The position numbers and the translations under genes are program-made. From positions 1 to 64,000 of the IMG/VR virus record IMGVR_UViG_3300031993_000010: a DNA stretch of 64,000 bases; one strand, 5' to 3'. The stretch's first letter is position 1; each line of letters begins with the position of its first letter. The notes under the pieces are model-generated. The model searched no databases. It was not told the origin of the DNA and worked only from the letters and a program-made list of their open reading frames with translations. The stretch is from a virus (taxonomy: Duplodnaviria > Caudoviricetes). Shown one piece after another: positions 29,529-40,900 of the stretch.

Positions 29529-31516
29529 GATATGAGATAAATACAAAGGATGTAGAACCGAAGACGGTTCAGTTGGAGATAGAAAGTTACAACATCGAGG
29601 ACAGTTTTGAGAAAGAGGACTATCTTGATGTAACCTGTTATTATTCCAACAATATCAACCTGACCAAAGACACGGTTCTTCATATTTCATCCGAATACAA
29701 TGCCGAACTCACGTTAACGAATGAGGATGTGACAATGTATGACGATTTTGACGTGCCGATAAAATATCTCAACAAGGAGTTCCGTTATTTTGTATTTGAA
29801 CATTACAAGTGGTATAGTCTCTCTTTGGTTGGTGTCAATATTGTTCTTCAAGGGAATGTTCCGTATCTCGAGTTCAGTTTTGACAGGTATCACTATTTCA
29901 CAAGTTATGCTGACATTACTTTTTATGCCGAGTTCTATAATGGTACGGAACTTATACAGAAAACATTTGAGAATTGCATTTTTGAGGATGAATATACCTT
30001 GTTGTGGAAATACAATGCCGACAGTCCCGATATAGACTTGTTTATGTGTGCGGTTTTCCATAATGACACCTATGAGTTTTCGGGGTATGAGGTTGAAAAT
30101 GAGGGGGAATATGTGGAATATGAGGAAGTTCCTGTTCAGGTTTGTTTTTCCGACGATGTTTTGATAAAGGTCAGGGAAGAAAACGGCTGTGACGGTGAAT
30201 GGAGGTATGCTTATTACGAAAAAACGTGTAACGACGGTGATATTAACGGATTGAACGTGTATCGTGACGACTTCAGACTTGAAAATTTCCTGATATATTT
30301 TGACTCGGGCAGCATAACCATTCCGCTTCCCATATCCCAAATGTTTGACACGAGGGTTGAACAGGAGGGAAACATAAAAGAACATTTCATATATGATGAG
30401 ATAAGAAACTCAATAAACGGTTTCATAGAGATGGAGAAATTTGTATACCACCCCGCTTTCAAGGTGGATAAGGAGACTCCAACATTTGAAGACATATATA
30501 AAATCAAGTTCAATCTCCATTTCAGGAAACACAATGGTGACAATTGGACTGTTGATGACAGTGCCGCTTGGAATGGCGTGTACGATAATTTCAGTGGATT
30601 TTATGACGATGTGACAAATGATGTAGACCATCCATTTTTCTCTTATAATGAGCATGGTGGCAATGAACAGGACAAAAGTAAACAGTCTGACTTGGTAAGT
30701 TATCTCGGTTTCACCAATGCCGATATAAAGTATCAGAAAAACAAGGTAAAAAAGTCGTTTTTGAGACTGTCATATTACGATTCACCGAATCCGATAAAGC
30801 AAAACCTGTTGGCGTATGCGACAATTTTTATGGATACAGGCAAACTTTTCGAAAAGTACATGACGAATGTAAGTGACGGTAACTATATCACAAGTTGCAA
30901 TGCGGACGAAGGGTGCGGGATAGACAGTTTTGTCGGTGTCAAGGTGAACACGGAGAGGGTTTATGGAATTGAAGATATACCCCCATCAACAAATGAGGAA
31001 ATCGAGAAACACCGTCTGTCAACACAGTTCAGTGTAGAAGATACCTTTTCATCAAAGGCTTCAAGTGAGGGTTTCAATCTTTATTTATGGGCAGACAACG
31101 ACAACGGTACCATCCCTTCGGACATTTATCTTAAAGTTGAATTTAACCATGCGGGCTATGGCAGAACAATACCGTTTATGATGCCCTACAAGGATATGGC
31201 TGAGGAGTATGAAGACAAGGGCATCAAATCTTTCGAGGACATACGCAAGGATTGGAGTGGTGAGGATTTTGAACATGGTCATTACAAGGGGTATACAATG
31301 AAAAAGTATCAAAAATACTCTTATATACATTTCAAATACTGCTATGACAAGGAAAAGGAGAAACGTGTATACTATTTAGACCCTGAAACTTATGGGGATG
31401 ATGCAATCTACAACAAGGGACTGAATGAAGACGCTTCACCAAACGAATTGGAAATTAACCTTTATGAAGCCAAGGTTAATTTATTGAATAACAACGATTA
31501 TAATACAAACGAATAA
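29522..31516 (+). CDS. putative baseplate/tail structural protein
   Basis: 664 aa, acidic, overlaps the previous gene. Confidence 0.7.
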   Translation: MLRYEINTKDVEPKTVQLEIESYNIEDSFEKEDYLDVTCYYSNNINLTKDTVLHISSEYNAELTLTNEDVTMYDDFDVPIKYLNKEFRYFVFEHYKWYSLSLVGVNIVLQGNVPYLEFSFDRYHYFTSYADITFYAEFYNGTELIQKTFENCIFEDEYTLLWKYNADSPDIDLFMCAVFHNDTYEFSGYEVENEGEYVEYEEVPVQVCFSDDVLIKVREENGCDGEWRYAYYEKTCNDGDINGLNVYRDDFRLENFLIYFDSGSITIPLPISQMFDTRVEQEGNIKEHFIYDEIRNSINGFIEMEKFVYHPAFKVDKETPTFEDIYKIKFNLHFRKHNGDNWTVDDSAAWNGVYDNFSGFYDDVTNDVDHPFFSYNEHGGNEQDKSKQSDLVSYLGFTNADIKYQKNKVKKSFLRLSYYDSPNPIKQNLLAYATIFMDTGKLFEKYMTNVSDGNYITSCNADEGCGIDSFVGVKVNTERVYGIEDIPPSTNEEIEKHRLSTQFSVEDTFSSKASSEGFNLYLWADNDNGTIPSDIYLKVEFNHAGYGRTIPFMMPYKDMAEEYEDKGIKSFEDIRKDWSGEDFEHGHYKGYTMKKYQKYSYIHFKYCYDKEKEKRVYYLDPETYGDDAIYNKGLNEDASPNELEINLYEAKVNLLNNNDYNTNE

Positions 31517-31517
31517 T

Positions 31518-33989
31518 ATGAGGCATTTGAAGTTTGAAACAAGGCGTGAAGATTTAATATCGAGGATACCGGGTTTGTTCGCCTACATTCTTTTCAATGA
31601 AGACGGCACAATAACCCTGCACCCCGCTTCTGATTCGTTTGATGGTTGTTATGGAAAGGTGATTGAAAACATTAATTTACCGTGTGGTGTCAATTTATGC
31701 ACATACGTTTCAATACCCGAGGAAATAGCACCCACCGTTTACCAATGGGATGAGAACAACACGTTCGAGAGTGACGTGGTTGTGGAAGACCAATACGATA
31801 TAGTTGAAAGCAAATACATACGTCAAGTCAAAAACAGATATTATCAGGAAACCGAGTATGACGAGGAAATTGAGTATGAATATATGGAAGATGTTCCTGA
31901 AGATGTGCATAAAGACGACCCGTTATACATAGAAGTACCTAAAAAGGACAAAGTTGGTGAATATATTCTTGATTGTTACGGCAATTACATATATGACTAT
32001 TATCAAAAGGTCACCACATACAACTATTTCATGAAAGACTGTATGTTGAAAGAGGGTGGGACCTACACATACCGTACCTTAATAACTCTTTATTACAGAT
32101 ATAAGGATGTTCTTGGTTCCGACCATCCGTTCATAATGTTCATGGATAAGGGTATTGGAAAAGAATACACTGACAAACATAGGTTAGGATTGGATAATGA
32201 GGAAAAATATCCTGCCGTACCCGATTATATCTATCTCGGACAGGTGAGACAGGTACTTGAAACTTATCATAACTATCAGAAACTGAACAACTACTATATT
32301 ACCCATTATCTCAACATGGGTCAGGAAAACAATTCCTTGAAACGTAAATCGAATGAATATGAACTGATGGGTGGTGATAAATTCACACGTTATTTAGAGA
32401 AATTGGTTGAAAAGAGTGACAGGATTGCTAATGAATATCTGTGTTATTCGAACAACCGTGCATTTGACCTGTCGGTTGACTACTCTATCCCACTTTTCCA
32501 ATCCCATAACGACTTGGGGTATCTGTCGTGTTATGTTAACGAGTTTGTTGCAGGCAACCAATACTATCATGGCGAATTGGTTACCTATAACGGCAGGACA
32601 TACATCTGTATCCTTAACAGGTATGTTGAAGGCGGCAATAATTACGAATATGTAAAATGTAACAACAAATTCTATCGTTTGTTCAATAACACATATATTT
32701 TGTTTGATGTCGGTTATCCGAATCTTGCTGACATAGAGCAGATGAGTGGCACGGAAGGAATATACGACCACAGGTATATGGATTATGACTATGTTTCTAT
32801 TGGCGGTCTTTACTACAAGTGGAACGGTGCCATATATGATATTGTTAATGTAGTCGAATACACGACAGGTAAATGGAATAACGAGTTGGAACTAAATGAA
32901 TTTGATTCACAGCATTTGGTACTTTTGTCTGAATATGCCAACGGTGAAAGCCAATGGTATTCGCAGGATAACACATACGGTAACAAATTTAAGATTTTTG
33001 TCGATGTTCAATCCATACCCGTTGAGTTTGTGCACAAATATATAAGGAAGAACGGAATTTTCTATATATGGGATGAGAGTCAGAACTGCTACATTCCTGA
33101 TGAAAACTTTTGTGAAAGATACACAATAAGCGGTATCGCTGACAGTCAGTTATCGTCTTTGAGGGTGTATGAGAACTATGTTGATGGTTCCAACGTGTAT
33201 GAGGAACCGAGTGACGGTGAAGATTGGCTATATTACTATAAAATAGGCAACACTGCGGCAGTAAGACTGTTGACCGACGAGCACAACAATATAAGGCGCA
33301 CAACGGATGTGCCGTTGGCTGCAGGAGATTATGCCATGGATTTGATGGCTTACGGAACCTATCTTATGGACATTACCTGTGACATAACCAATAAGAAACT
33401 CACATTCACATATGTGGTTAACGGTCATTTGAAGGCAAAGGTTGCCCAAGACAGTCCATTTGTCGATGAAGACGGAAACACGATTTACCATTATGAGGAT
33501 TTTGAGTTTGACTCTGAAGACACTCACGGAGTAGTATATACCGAAACCTATGATTATGACGACCTTGATATAGATACATTATATTTTAACCACACAATGG
33601 TTGACGGTGTGATGGTCAGTGATTTTAACCTTTATGTCAGTGGAAGAACCAACTTGATAGAAAACTATATGGTCAAGTATGGGTATAAGAAGTTCGTTTT
33701 CAAGACAAGCCCGCTTGTAGCAACAGCATCCTACTTCGACAATGATTTTGAATATAACTTTATATCGGGTCATTATACAGAAACCATTGAGAATGACCTC
33801 GATTATGTTTACTCACCGTTGTTCAAGAAGGATTATTTTGTGGGGTATTCGTATGAACCAACAGTGGAAAGCGACGTGCAGATTTCAAGGGGCAATGCAG
33901 GTGCGTTTGAACGCCATATCAAGTTATCTGAAGTCAAGACATTCGAAGATTTGAGTGACTATCCTTTTTTTATTTTGACTGAAGCATAG
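31518..33989 (+). CDS. putative baseplate/tail structural protein, Tyr-rich
   Basis: 823 aa; short CBM5/12-like stretch FVAGNQYYHGELVTYNGRTYIC. Confidence 0.7.
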   Translation: MRHLKFETRREDLISRIPGLFAYILFNEDGTITLHPASDSFDGCYGKVIENINLPCGVNLCTYVSIPEEIAPTVYQWDENNTFESDVVVEDQYDIVESKYIRQVKNRYYQETEYDEEIEYEYMEDVPEDVHKDDPLYIEVPKKDKVGEYILDCYGNYIYDYYQKVTTYNYFMKDCMLKEGGTYTYRTLITLYYRYKDVLGSDHPFIMFMDKGIGKEYTDKHRLGLDNEEKYPAVPDYIYLGQVRQVLETYHNYQKLNNYYITHYLNMGQENNSLKRKSNEYELMGGDKFTRYLEKLVEKSDRIANEYLCYSNNRAFDLSVDYSIPLFQSHNDLGYLSCYVNEFVAGNQYYHGELVTYNGRTYICILNRYVEGGNNYEYVKCNNKFYRLFNNTYILFDVGYPNLADIEQMSGTEGIYDHRYMDYDYVSIGGLYYKWNGAIYDIVNVVEYTTGKWNNELELNEFDSQHLVLLSEYANGESQWYSQDNTYGNKFKIFVDVQSIPVEFVHKYIRKNGIFYIWDESQNCYIPDENFCERYTISGIADSQLSSLRVYENYVDGSNVYEEPSDGEDWLYYYKIGNTAAVRLLTDEHNNIRRTTDVPLAAGDYAMDLMAYGTYLMDITCDITNKKLTFTYVVNGHLKAKVAQDSPFVDEDGNTIYHYEDFEFDSEDTHGVVYTETYDYDDLDIDTLYFNHTMVDGVMVSDFNLYVSGRTNLIENYMVKYGYKKFVFKTSPLVATASYFDNDFEYNFISGHYTETIENDLDYVYSPLFKKDYFVGYSYEPTVESDVQISRGNAGAFERHIKLSEVKTFEDLSDYPFFILTEA

Positions 33990-34015
33990 ACATTGTATTC
34001 AAAAACAGAAAAAGT

Positions 34016-34024
34016 TATATTTAT
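34016..34024 (+). promoter_or_regulatory. putative late-type promoter TATATTTAT
   Basis: ~22 nt upstream of ATG 34047. Confidence 0.5.
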
Positions 34025-34046
34025 CTATAAGATAATACGACTTTCA

Positions 34047-34961
34047 ATGGCAAATAATACATATGGTATAGTAAGGGCGGCTTTGGTGACGCCAGACGAT
34101 GTTGAGATTTTCTATTCGTACAGACCAACAAGAAACAGTGAAGACGATTCTTTCAAGGATTGGCGAAAGATTGAGGATGTTTCATCCATTTTCTCCAATA
34201 GCAAGTTGGAGAATTCGGAAGTGGCGGATTTACGCCTTCCTGGTATGTATAACCTAAACCTCCCCGTATCCCTTTTTGGAAAAAGCGGGTATTATACCAT
34301 ATATATCCGCCCCAAGGAGTATATGTTCACAATAAAGGATGTAGGCTCATTGGCAGCATTTCCTGAAATCAGGGGTATTGTCCTTGACATGAACGAAATC
34401 GTTGAGAACAGGGGTATTTTTGCTGATGATAACCTTGTGGGTTACAGGGTTGAATATTTCAACTATGAAAGTTCGGGGCTTATGCGTCAGGATTATTACC
34501 GTATTGTGACAAGCAACAATTTCTGTGAACCCGTCTCACAAAACCTCACAACCGCAAACACTAACTCAAACGGCTACAGGTACAATACAAGCGGCACACT
34601 GTGCTTTATAACGCTCACCCCTTCAACAAGCCCTTCGTTTAAACCGAATGCAACACCTTATATCGGTGTACCGAACCAAAGGATTCTTTTAATAAACACA
34701 AAGTTCGACCCTGTGGCAATTGAGGTGAATATGGTTGACCATGACATTGAGACGCTGAGTTACATGATTGAGGGTGAACAGGTCAGAAACCTTGACAACG
34801 GCAGGCTTACCCATTATAACTTTGACGGTGAGATATACAAGCAGTTCGAGTTCAGCACTGTTAAGGATAACTATACACAACGTTCTGTTGCCGAGGTTAA
34901 ACAGGATGTCAGTGACGCTGTGGACAACAGCCTTGATTTAAATACCCTTAAAAACGTCTAA
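34047..34961 (+). CDS. putative structural protein
   Basis: Likely start MANNTYG at 34047; 304 aa. Confidence 0.7.
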   Translation: MANNTYGIVRAALVTPDDVEIFYSYRPTRNSEDDSFKDWRKIEDVSSIFSNSKLENSEVADLRLPGMYNLNLPVSLFGKSGYYTIYIRPKEYMFTIKDVGSLAAFPEIRGIVLDMNEIVENRGIFADDNLVGYRVEYFNYESSGLMRQDYYRIVTSNNFCEPVSQNLTTANTNSNGYRYNTSGTLCFITLTPSTSPSFKPNATPYIGVPNQRILLINTKFDPVAIEVNMVDHDIETLSYMIEGEQVRNLDNGRLTHYNFDGEIYKQFEFSTVKDNYTQRSVAEVKQDVSDAVDNSLDLNTLKNV

Positions 34962-34969
34962 TAGCCATT

Positions 34970-37900
34970 ATGCCTAGATACAGCAAAACACATAGTAATT
35001 ACGTAAAGCAGAAGAAACATCAGGATGTAACCGACGGATATATTTTCTCAAGGGATTGGGTAACGTTTGGAAATCTACACAGGTTGGAGCCTGGTAAGAA
35101 ACCGTTTTTCGGTGATTCCAATTTCATTTTCACCGACAACAGCACACCTGTATATGAGAAGAAGAGGGGTTATGGAAAATGGGTTGCCCGTTTTGTGTAT
35201 GATGATGTCAAGGATGCTGTAGGTGACGTAAATGAGGTCAGGGTAAACACAAACAGCAACGACCTGCGTTCATATGCGTATTACGGTTCAATGGTTGACC
35301 TGATACGTGTGACGATTGAGGACATTATAATGAATTTCCCTGCAAGGCTGTATTCAATAAACGAAAACCTCTTCCTGATAGATGGCGGTAATGAGTGGGT
35401 TGATACAGGTAGAAAGAAACTGTCCAACCAATTTTCAATAGACCTGCACAGTGAGGGGATATTGCTTGAGAATAATGAAAACGAACTGCGTTATCTGAGT
35501 GTTTCTTGGGACAAATACAATATTGTCAGGTACGACGGTGACGAAAGACTGTCCGAGGAAAATATAGTTTCATACGACATACTTCCACCTGACGTCGAGG
35601 TGTATAACGCTTACAAATACCATGAACAGGGATATAATTTCCTTGTGTATCAGAATCATCTTTTGAAATGGGACAATGGGACACACAGGTATATCGAAAT
35701 CGAGTATGTGACCGAGTGTCACAACTATTTTGAAAGTTGTGGTGACTATCTTCGTTATGACGGTGTCTTCTACAGGTGGGATGCGGAGAACGGTGAATAC
35801 GTGAAACTGCATTACTATGAAATCTGCGACGACAACTACCAAAAGATAGCGACCATCAGGATTGCTACCGAGGAAAACGTGTATTTCGTGTATGCGTACC
35901 GTATAAACGGCATTGTATATTATGCCTGCGCATATGAAGGTTTCTCAATCGAACCGAAACAGGAACTGATTGAGTCTTACTTCAACAACATTGACGGGTT
36001 AGCCAAGAAACTTCTCAGCAGAAACAGGATACCGTTGTACACGGCAAGGCTGTCCACACCATATGAGACCATGAGTGGCATGTACCTGTTCACGGACAGG
36101 GATTACACATGGCCTTCAGACGGATACTGCATCGACATTGGAAGCCCGAGTTACCTGTCATATCTCGACAGGCTTATGGACATGGCTGAGAAGTATGACA
36201 AGGTGTACAGCGACTGCATATGGCGTTGCATGACACACGAGACCATCAAGAATTTCGATTGGACATACAGACGTGAATACAGTGAGAACGACGCCTTGGA
36301 GAATATTGAGGGTGGACAGAGGATGGAGGAACTGCTTCATTTCTACGGTTACGTCTATGATACCGCCAAACGTTATGTTGACGGCATAAAGATGACCAAC
36401 AAGATTTCCTATGACGGTTACGACAACTGTGCCGATGCTGAGATTTCAGACAAGAACAACGCCAAAGGTTGGGATATTGTGTCAACAATATGGGAACCGT
36501 GCTACTACGAGCCGTATGACTGCAGCGGGGTTGAGACGGGAATTGACTATGTTTTCACACCGAAGTGCTTCGAAAGCAAATTTACGTTTGAGAATGACGA
36601 TTGCCTGTCCGTGGCATATGAAGGAAAAGATATAATATGCATTTCTCCAATTAGGAAGGGTGATGGCAATGAATATGAGATTTATGGGGGTAAACTTCCA
36701 ATTGTGTGGAATCCTAATTGTGCTACTGATATTGTGTTTGGTTGGATTGAAACACCCGATGGGAAAAGATATGTGACACATTACCGCATAGTAGATAAGA
36801 AAACAGGTGATATTATTGCTGAAGGTGATGTCAATGGGGTGGATGTATTCACTTTTGATATGTCAGGAATTCCATCGGGCGACTATGTAGTTTATTTGAC
36901 GTTTAGTGGCGGTGAGTCTGATTCATGGGTGATTGTTAAACAAGAATCCCAAAAATCCTGTGATGAATGCGATGATATATGGAAAGCAATGACAGAGGTG
37001 TGCGAGAAGAATAAGACATTACCTTTGATTATACAGAATAACTGTAATGACAAATACTATAAATTAGGCACGAAAAAATGGGTTGACGAAGAGTATGTAA
37101 ACGAGTTTCCGATGGCAGGTAACTGTTATGAAATAAACGCTATGATGCCGCACCCGTGTATTTGCGATGAGGTTTCATTCAAAATCGGTTGTGGTGTATT
37201 TATGCTTGACTGTAATGGTGTTGGCAAAGATATTGAAACACCAAAAATGTGTGAGACAACCAAATTTGACTATTACAGTGAAACTGACACAATTCTTGTG
37301 GCATGGGACAGTTATCACTACACTCCTCCGCAAACATGTAAATTAACACATAATAACGAGGTTGTAATAAACAACATTCCCATAAACACATGGCAGGAAA
37401 ACAACGATTATTGGGGTAGAATAACACTGAATACCGAATTATTGACTGAAAGTGAGTATGTGATTGAGGTTGAATATAATAGCACTTGCAAATTGTATTT
37501 TCAGATTTTCAACGTTGGACCGTTGTCTGTTGTTGTAAGACGTGAAGAATCCTTACAGGATTGTTCGATACATCCTATAGCGGTGGGGTTAAGGCACCAA
37601 TATGATTCGGAAACAAATACACTGTCGATATGGTTTGAAGAGGGAAGTGTGCATGTTTCAGGCATTAAGTTTGCCATTTTTGATTCAAATGATATTTGTG
37701 TCTATCCTACAACCTCTCTTACAAGCGAACCCGTGGTTTTGGAGATGAACGAGTATCCCGACGACGAGTATTACATGGTGTTTTATGAGAAAGAGGGTAT
37801 GTATAACATTTGCGTCACAATCACAAAGGACAACTATTCACATATAATACCCGACTACTGCATAACAGAAGGCGGAATGACGTTTACACCTTATCCGTGC

Positions 37901-40900
37901 CTGCCCGCCGAGGCAAACAAACTCGACGACCAATATATCAGTGTCGGATGCGGTCCTGATGCGCTTTACTATGAGAAAAAATGCAACGACCCCTCAAAGG
38001 AAATGTTGACATACGACTTCTTTGACGGAAAATGTACCGAAAAGGAAACAAGTTATGTGATAGAGACAGGTGAGTGTGTCGCCTTTGATGAGGATGAAGA
38101 TGAAATACACTTGATACCTTCATGCAACAGTGTATATGGCAGTGGTTTTTACACATATACCGTAGCTCAAGATTGGGGAAGCGGTATAGGCATAGAATTT
38201 AATTATGATTGTGTAAATGGTACAGTAACTTTTAATTTTAATTTGAAAGACCCTAACACCGACCCGTTACCAATATCTTATACCATTGAAACCAAGGATG
38301 GAACTACTCTTGTTATGTCAGGTGACATTGAGAACAATCCCGTGACAATCGATTTGTCAAGCCTGCAGGTGGGTGGATATACTATCCGTTTTTGCGGAGA
38401 TGTTAATTGTAAAAAATATGTTGATATACAGTATCTTGGAAAATATGAAGAGGAATGTCAAGGTTGTCAAGACTATTGGAACAAAATTAAAAAAGAGTGT
38501 GGTGGGGACGAAAAAATTCCTTATATCATACAGGATGCCGACAATCCATCCCGTTTCTATAACGTAGATAACAGTGAATGGGGTAATGAAAAGTTTGTTT
38601 TTGATTTTTGGAACGGTGGCAGTGGTATTTACGTTGGGAAGGAAGATTTGTTCGGTGATGGGTGTACAAAGAACGTTGTTGTGAAACTTGACTGTGGCGG
38701 TTGCTTCGAGATTGTCAATTGTACCGCAATAGGTGTTGATGACCCTGACGAAATAAATGAAATGTGTAAAAAACTTTTCAATTTCAAGGTTTTTGTTAAG
38801 GGTAATTTGCTTATAATTGATTGGGCTGCAAATACATCGTGTGTGCATTATATCATTAAGAATAATAATGACGAAGTTATTGTTGAAGAATATGGGCATT
38901 TTACTAAACCTTTGGGGATTGATTTGACTATACTTACTGAAAATGGGTATACTATAGAGATGGACTTTGACCGATTATCCATGACAATGGCAATAGACAT
39001 TGAAAAATGCCATGCCAACGAAACCTTCATAAGTCTTGTTGAAACGACACATGATTCAACTCCCATGATAGTCAAGGAGACTCCTTGGATAAACTACAGT
39101 CAGAGAAGCACAAGACACCTTGCATATGTCGAGTTAAGCGGCAATCCATCTTGTGACCTTGGAGATGACGAGTGGGATGAAAGCAACACGTTTTCAAGTG
39201 TGCCATATGTAATCAGTGAGGCAAGCCCACGTTTCATAAGGGTGGTGAACAACTACACAACGAGGTACTATATGCTGTCCGATGCGGGAATAGACCATAG
39301 ACCGTATACCCACGACAGGTGGTATTCGGCAATCAACCCGAACTCTGTGACACCTCTCAGTTGCGACATTGACTATCAGAGAAGACTTAACCTTTCCACC
39401 AACAGGATATTCAAGACAAAGGGTACGAAACATGCAATTGACATGGTGATGGGTCTCTTTGGTTATGGAAGGAACAACAAATCTGAACTGCATTGCAACA
39501 GTGACTATGCGCTTTGGGAAATGTGTACCTTCTCAACCATGAAGGGATATGACGACGCCTTCTATTTCTATGAACTGTTGGATGATGCGCCCGACCATGA
39601 GTTCACTGAAAATGAAACTTACCAATCACTTCCGTTGTGGAACGGTGAGTGGAGTTCCGAATACATACGTGTCGGCAGTAACGATATATACACATATTTC
39701 AGGCTTAACAGTGAATATACAGTCAGCGAGGCAATAAGGCAACTCTACCTTCACAGGACAAGCGAGAAGATGTACAACGATTGGTACACAGGTGTTCCGA
39801 TTGGTGACTATTATGAGGGTAATACACATTACGTGATACCGTATTACGATAAGAAGCGGGTGTATGAAGGCAACCTCTATTTCCAACAGAAGGGTGGATG
39901 GGGTAGGATGCCTGAAATATTCGGAATGAGCGACGACAGTCAGGTTGAATGGATGGAAACCGTACCTTACCTGCACGTTCTTCCGTCAGTTGAAGACCTG
40001 TTGTCGGTACTCTCCATTGACTTGCGTCAGGATGACATCTATTATGTTGCTGATTTGATGGATTATGTCAATTTTGACGAGGATGTACCTTACAACCTTT
40101 CACATTTTTTCAAGATAAACGACAGATACAATCCACAGAGATTTTCATCGTGGCTGAACGTGCCTATGACGGGTGAGATTGTTTACAACAAGAACTACAA
40201 TGTGGACGGTGTAACACATGACGACTATGTTCATGCGAAATATCTTGCTGATATAGTTTCAACATCACTGTTCAACAATCCTCACATTGGTTACGGCGAC
40301 TATGACATGGGTAGGGATTACCTCAACTATATGTTCACACCATATAAGTACAGTGTCGACAATTACTATTTCGACAACATGAAGTACAATTATATGGCGC
40401 AGCAAATGGTATTCGATATGGAATCAATACCGTTCAGGGACGGTTTGGCGGGGTATATGATGACACCTGACCCTGGTATTGATGATATTCCTGTATTTGA
40501 TGATGTTCCGTCACGGTATGACACAACATGGGATATGCCTGAATATATCAAAGTGTGGTGGGGTTACGGCTACAACTACTTCAAGAGGGTTGAGTTTGAC
40601 AAGGTTGAGAACAGGGTTAACGGCAACCTGATACCGAATGATTTATATATCTTGAACGACAAGGTATTGGTGCTTCAGAACTTGAACAATAATGTCTATC
40701 ATAGGCAATATATGAAGGATGTTGTCTTAAAATATGTGTTGCAGGTCATACCGTCGACCACAATTTTGATGTTAACAGGTTTTGATTCTAATGCAAACTG
40801 CTGTCTCACATACTATAATTTGTCTGTTGAGCCATCCAACCCAGAGTATGGAAACGTGTACGGTGGAGGTAGGTATCTGACAACAACATATGCTGTGCTT

